From assembly GCF_006345805.1 (NCBI RefSeq), contig NW_021826074.1:1-13743 (forward strand): 13,743 bases of DNA, written 5' to 3'. The translations under genes were made by a program, and so were the position numbers. The notes below the pieces were generated by a model. It worked only from the letters and a program-made list of their open reading frames with translations. It searched no databases and had not been told where the DNA came from. The DNA is from Octopus sinensis. Taxonomy: Eukaryota. Positions within the stretch are counted from its first letter, which is position 1; each line of letters begins with the position of its first letter. Below are positions 9,565 through 13,743 of this stretch, in pieces.

Positions 9565-10132
9565 CCATCTCCACCACCACTACCACCTCCACAACCACTA
9601 CCATATGTATTTTTATCACCTACACTGTGGCCATCCTGGGGCATTACCTTAAAGAACAAATCAGCCGACAAACACAAAGAGATACATTATATATCTATAA
9701 TACAAGTCAGCTTGAATCTTGCTTGTAATGTAACCAAACCAAACACGCGCATAATAAGAACAAACTATGAATTCAGTGTCCTCTGAAATGTAAATACGAA
9801 CGGAATAAAACAAATTTCGCGTAAATCGGTCAAGTGGTTGAGAAGATATTAGAGATTCTCGGAGTATCAATACTCAAAACGGTGCATAATGGTAAAAAAA
9901 TTCCGAAAATAAAATATTCCTGAAAGGGAAGAAACTCTTACCTTTCCATTAGACACAGTGACTTAACAGCGAATAGTCTTGCAAACTTTTCTATAGTTAA
10001 GACTATTGAAAAGGTTGCAAGACGCAACGAAAATTTTAGGAAATTAAAAATAAGAAAGAAGTGGAAATTTTACCGGTGTGTGTGTTAAATTATAAGGCAC
10101 AAAAAGAAAATGACTCTCCCCAGACACAACAG

Positions 10133-10136
10133 TATA

Positions 10137-10184
<48 letters not shown>
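10133..10184. repeat. (TA)n microsatellite (further (TA)n tracts at ~10366-10406 and ~10965-11076)
   Basis: Direct reading. Confidence 0.95.
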
Positions 10185-10188
<4 letters not shown>

Positions 10189-10300
10189 ATATTTCGGAAT
10201 GGTCATTTTGCCAGTTTAGCCATAAAAAAAACCCGCACTATATATTTGGTGTTACTTTGCTTCAGTTATTTATTTTTTACATTAATTTTAATCTTATTTC

Positions 10301-10345
10301 GGCCAGAGTTTTTTCGTCACACTCCTGTGACCGCATCAGTGGTCC
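10301..10345 (-). ncRNA. Candidate minimal type I hammerhead-ribozyme-like motif (non-canonical core)
   Basis: Minus strand GGACCA CUGAUGCG GUCACA-GGAG-UGUGAC GAAA AAAC UC UGGCC. Stem I is CCA/UGG (plus GG/CC with a bulge), stem II is a perfect 6 bp, followed by GAAA and a UC site. The junction deviates from CUGANGA. Confidence 0.35.
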
Positions 10346-10419
10346 TTTGTTTTCTTCTTTCTTATTTATATTTATATATTTATATATATATATATATATA
10401 TATATAAATTTATAAATAA

Positions 10420-10453
10420 TGATAATATCGATATTTAAATATCGATATTATCA
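10420..10453. repeat. Perfect 34-bp palindrome made of two nested 12-bp palindromes
   Basis: TGAT AATATCGATATT TA AATATCGATATT ATCA equals its own reverse complement. Confidence 0.97.
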
Positions 10454-10500
10454 AGTGGCCAGCATGGGAAAAAATACCATACAAAGGTAATAATCTTTTA

Positions 10501-10964
10501 CAACTAAAAATAAGGGTGTCTAAGAGACACCACCATGCCGAAATAGCAGTCAAGTCCCTGACTCTAAAAACCACGTTAAATGTTCATATCGCACCATGAG
10601 ATAAGACAGAGGGACAAAATAGACTAGCAAAAAATATTACTGAATAATTCAAGATCCTGGATTTCTAGCTTTGCTTTAAATAAGCTTTGCCGTCATCAGT
10701 TGAATATATCGGAGCAGATAAATACATTTTTTATATTTGTATTTATCTGCTCTGATATATTCAACTGATGACGGCAAAGCTTATTTGAAGCAAAGCTAGA
10801 AATCTAGGATCTTGAATCATTCAGTAATATCTTTTTGCTAGTCTATTTTGTCCCTCTGTCTTATCTCATGGTACGATATGAACATTTAACGTGGTTTTTA
10901 GAGTCAGGGATTTGACTGCTATTTCGGCATGGTGGTGTCTGTCAGACACCCTTATTTTTAGTTA
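10501..10964. mobile_element. ~460-bp foldback (hairpin) element, possibly a TA-flanked Tc1/mariner-type MITE
   Basis: Arms 10502-10726 and 10738-10963, with 8 mismatches and 1 indel by manual alignment (~96%) and an 11-nt loop. TA at 10499-10500 and 10965-10966. The hairpin is certain; the superfamily is inference. Confidence 0.75.
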
Positions 10965-11031
10965 TATATATATATGTACAAACACGTGCGCGCAAACACA
11001 CACATGCACATATGCATATATATATATGCAT

Positions 11032-11078
<47 letters not shown>

Positions 11079-11364
11079 AACCAAACAAGGGGTGGTGTGT
11101 GTAGTGACATATAAATAAGATCGATTGTTCACGCTGAGATGCCAAGAATACTATCAGGAGGTTAGCAACTGATGAAAGCAATGATAGACCAAAACAGCGG
11201 TGGTGATAGAGCAGTGATGGGCATGGTGGGAACGGTTATGGTTAATTGAGTGACGGCTATGTGGAGAGGGGTTGGCTGCGTGGTGTGTGTGAGTTTGTGT
11301 ATGTGTGCATGTGTTTTGTGCAATTTTGACAGTTTTGGCTTCGTTGCACAAATAAGGATGTCAC

Positions 11365-11960
11365 TAACACCACCACCACAACTACCACCACTACCACAGC
11401 CGCTACCACAACAACCGCAACCACCACCACCACCACAATCACCACCACCACAACCACCACCACCGCAATAACCACCACCACCTCCACTACCACTGCATCC
11501 ACCACCACCACCACCACCCCTACCACAATCACTACCATCACCACCACAGCCACCATAACCACCACAGCCACCGTAACCACCACCACCACCACCACCACCT
11601 CCACGACCACTGACACCACCACCCCACCACCACACCACCACTACCACAACTATCATAACCACCGCCACCACCACCTCCACTACCACTACAGCCACCACCC
11701 CAAACACAAACACCACCCCAACCACTACCACAATCGCTACCGCCATCACCACAACCACCACCACAACCACTACTGCCACCACCACAATCACTACCACCAC
11801 CACCACCACCACCACCACCACTATCAAAACCACTAGCACTACCACTACCACCACAACAACTATCACTACTACCACCTCCACAACCAGCATCACCACCACC
11901 ATCACCAAAACCATTAACAACAATCACTGCCAGCCACTGCCATCAACAACCAACACATCA
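11365..11960. repeat. Second CAC-rich block, containing a direct copy of 8758-9032
   Basis: Shared diagnostic variants (ACTGCATCC, CCCCTACCACAATCACT, GCCACCGTAACC, ACTATCATAACCACCGCC, ATCGCTACCGCCATC) occur in the same order at 11477-11764. Confidence 0.92.
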
Positions 11961-12009
11961 CAATAATGTCACAGACGTAAGTTACAGTGTCAATTACGCA
12001 TGCGCAATG

Positions 12010-12250
12010 TGATCACTCGAAGAAGGTGATGGTAATTGTGTTAGCGACTGTGGTGGTGATATCGATGTTCGTGGTAGTGGTGTTGGCGATGATGACTGGT
12101 CGCTATGGTGATGATGACGGTGGTAGCGACAATGGTGACGATGGTCGTGATAGTAGTGATGATAGTGGTTGTGATGGTGGTGGTGGTGGTGTGGGGTGGT
12201 GGTGATGGTGATGGTGACAGTCACGCTGGTGGAGGCAATGATGGTATGAG
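12010..12250. repeat. GGT/GAT low-complexity trinucleotide block
   Basis: Direct reading. Confidence 0.8.
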
Positions 12251-12286
12251 AGAGTGAAAGTGAGGGTGAAGCGTGTCATGACTTTG

Positions 12287-12434
12287 CGCCGAGGTCAACT
12301 TTGCCTTTCATCCTTTCGGGGCCGATAAATTAAGTACCAGTTACGCACTGGGGTCGATGTAATCGACTTAATCCCTGTGTCTGTCCTTGTTTGTCCCCTC
12401 TGTGTTTAGCCCCTTGTGGGCAATAAAGAAATAG
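12287..12434 (+). mobile_element. 5'-truncated SINE copy (core plus tail)
   Basis: GAGGTCAACTTTGCCTTTCATCCTTTCGGGGCCGATAAATTAAGTACCAGTT...TGGGGTCGATGTAATCGACT aligns with 12585-12660 and with the reverse complement of 13590-13673. Confidence 0.88.
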
Positions 12435-12501
12435 ATAATATAGTGATAACGTGTAACTCAGTGGTGGCGTTAGAACCTTTTGTCAATAAATTTGTGACAC
12501 T

Positions 12502-12707
12502 AAGGTGGCGAGCAGCGAGCTGGCTGAATTGTTAGCTTAGCGGCATTTCGTCCGTCTTTCACGTCCTGAGTTCGAATTCTGCCGGGGTCGACTTTGCCTT
12601 TCATCCATTCGGGATCGATAAAATGAGTACCAGTTGAATTCTGTGGTGGATGTAAGCGACTCCTCCCTTGCCCGAAAATTGCTGGCACTGCGCCAAAATT
12701 TGAAACC
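12502..12707 (+). mobile_element. tRNA-derived SINE with Pol III head
   Basis: A-box-like TGGCTGAATTG (12521-12531), B-box-like GAGTTCGAATTC (12568-12579), then the shared core GTCGACTTTGCCTTTCATCC..CGGG.TCGATAAA. Confidence 0.88.
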
Positions 12708-12931
12708 GATAAAATTAGTGGGAATAATGATGGTGGTGGTGGAGGGATGGATTGCATACTGGTTGGAATCGTGAAAGTGGTGGTCATGGGGATAGTGGTG
12801 GTTGTGGTACCGTGTGTATTGTGGTATTGATGATAGTAATAAAGTAAGTGTTATGGTTAAAATGGTAATGGCATTTTATCAGTGACCATTGACATCGCTG
12901 ATCCCCTCGGACAGTCAAGATTAGGGCATTA

Positions 12932-13161
12932 AGGATAAGTAATGAAGATACTTAAAGTCAGGGCTGTGGCAATAGACGCAACTGTTGTAGCGTTTGAAAT
13001 GTATGGATGGAACATATGTAAGGTTAAAATATCGGTTCCGAATTCCAGAAGGGTGACTTTCTAGTAGAGGAATGAAGAAGTCTATAGCGCAAAATTAATG
13101 AGTAAAAAACTGTAGAGAGGAGCAAAGTCGGAATTTTAGATGGGTTTGTGTGGAGGTAGCT
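12932..13161 (-). mobile_element. Possible decayed Penelope-like retroelement RT C-terminal fragment
   Basis: Minus-strand translation across one frameshift: SYLHTNPS...FYSLILRYRLLHS (cf. SYL..S.HP...IPYSQFLRLRRICS), FHPYISNA...TALT (cf. FP..VI.NA...SALT), IFITYP (cf. PLVLTYHP). The motifs are in the expected order, but the comparison is to a recalled consensus only. Confidence 0.4.
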
Positions 13162-13165
13162 GGTT

Positions 13166-13185
13166 TAGATAGATATATATATAGT

Positions 13186-13258
<73 letters not shown>

Positions 13259-13266
13259 GGATAGAC

Positions 13267-13314
<48 letters not shown>

Positions 13315-13326
13315 GGATGGATAGAC

Positions 13327-13396
<70 letters not shown>

Positions 13397-13410
13397 GTAG
13401 ATAGATAGAT
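13166..13410. repeat. (GATA)n microsatellite with duplicated GATG/GACA variant block
   Basis: Direct reading. The variant GATGGATAGACAGATAG occurs twice, ~60 bp apart. Confidence 0.97.
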
Positions 13411-13548
13411 AAATATGTATTTATGTACATATATGTGCATACATATATGTATGTAGATATATATGTATATAGGTGTGGAGTTATATATGGGTCGATTCAC
13501 TGTGGGTGAAATGAATAGTTGTTGTTAAAAATCTGTGTTCTGTTAAAA

Positions 13549-13673
13549 TATTATTTTCTACTCTAGGCACAAGACCCGACATTTGTGGAGAGGGGCCAGT
13601 CGATTAGATCGATCCCAATACGCAACTGGCACTTAATTTATCGATCCCGAAAGTTGAAAGGAAAAGTCGACCT
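13549..13673 (-). mobile_element. 5'-truncated SINE copy (core plus a different tail)
   Basis: Reverse complement AGGTCGACTTTTCCTTTCAACTTTCGGGATCGATAAATTAAGTGCCAGTT...TTGGGATCGATCTAATCGACT matches the cores at 12287 and 12585. Confidence 0.88.
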
Positions 13674-13679
13674 TTGACG

Positions 13680-13680
<1 letters not shown>

Positions 13681-13736
<56 letters not shown>
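13681..13736. repeat. (GA)n microsatellite
   Basis: Direct reading. Confidence 0.97.
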
Positions 13737-13738
<2 letters not shown>

Positions 13739-13743
13739 TGTGA

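Noticed and set aside
9624-9656. Short similarity to the SINE tail at ~827-859
   Set aside because: 23 of 33 nt match. Too short and diverged to call.
9693-9870. Helitron-like hints (A|TCTATAATAC start; AAATCGGTCAAGTGGTTGAGAAG)
   Set aside because: Only loose recalled resemblance. No CTRR end with a subterminal hairpin was identified.
10762-10806. CTGATGA...GAAA in the foldback right arm as a hammerhead
   Set aside because: No compatible stem I or stem III, and extra bases at both core junctions.
12502-12590. Functional tRNA gene
   Set aside because: A/B-box-like motifs are present, but no cloverleaf is evident and it continues into the SINE core.
73-13500. Track ORFs such as poly-CV, HT, YI, D/M/H, V, P and YLSI proteins
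   Set aside because: They are translations of micro- or minisatellites, open on several frames and both strands, with no domain content.

Overview
Eukaryotic, repeat-dense, apparently non-genic DNA. It is most likely cephalopod (Octopus-like), inferred from recalled SINE similarity and extreme microsatellite density, not from a search. No intact protein-coding gene is supported, and almost all track ORFs are translations of simple repeats. The window holds: four tRNA-type SINE copies sharing a core module; a decayed RTE-clade LINE reverse-transcriptase fragment (~3085-4040) enclosed by ~330-bp inverted arms; a 438-bp MITE with TIRs, a perfect 8-bp TSD and an internal TTAGGG/G4 tract; a ~460-bp foldback element; a Tc1/mariner-like TIR tip mirrored across (TA)n; a 13-copy ~129-bp CAA-rich minisatellite; duplicated CAC-rich blocks; and a possible decayed Penelope-like RT fragment. 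The most speculative leads are minimal hammerhead-ribozyme-like motifs (10301-10345 on the minus strand, and a weaker one in each inverted arm) of the kind associated with Penelope-like elements.
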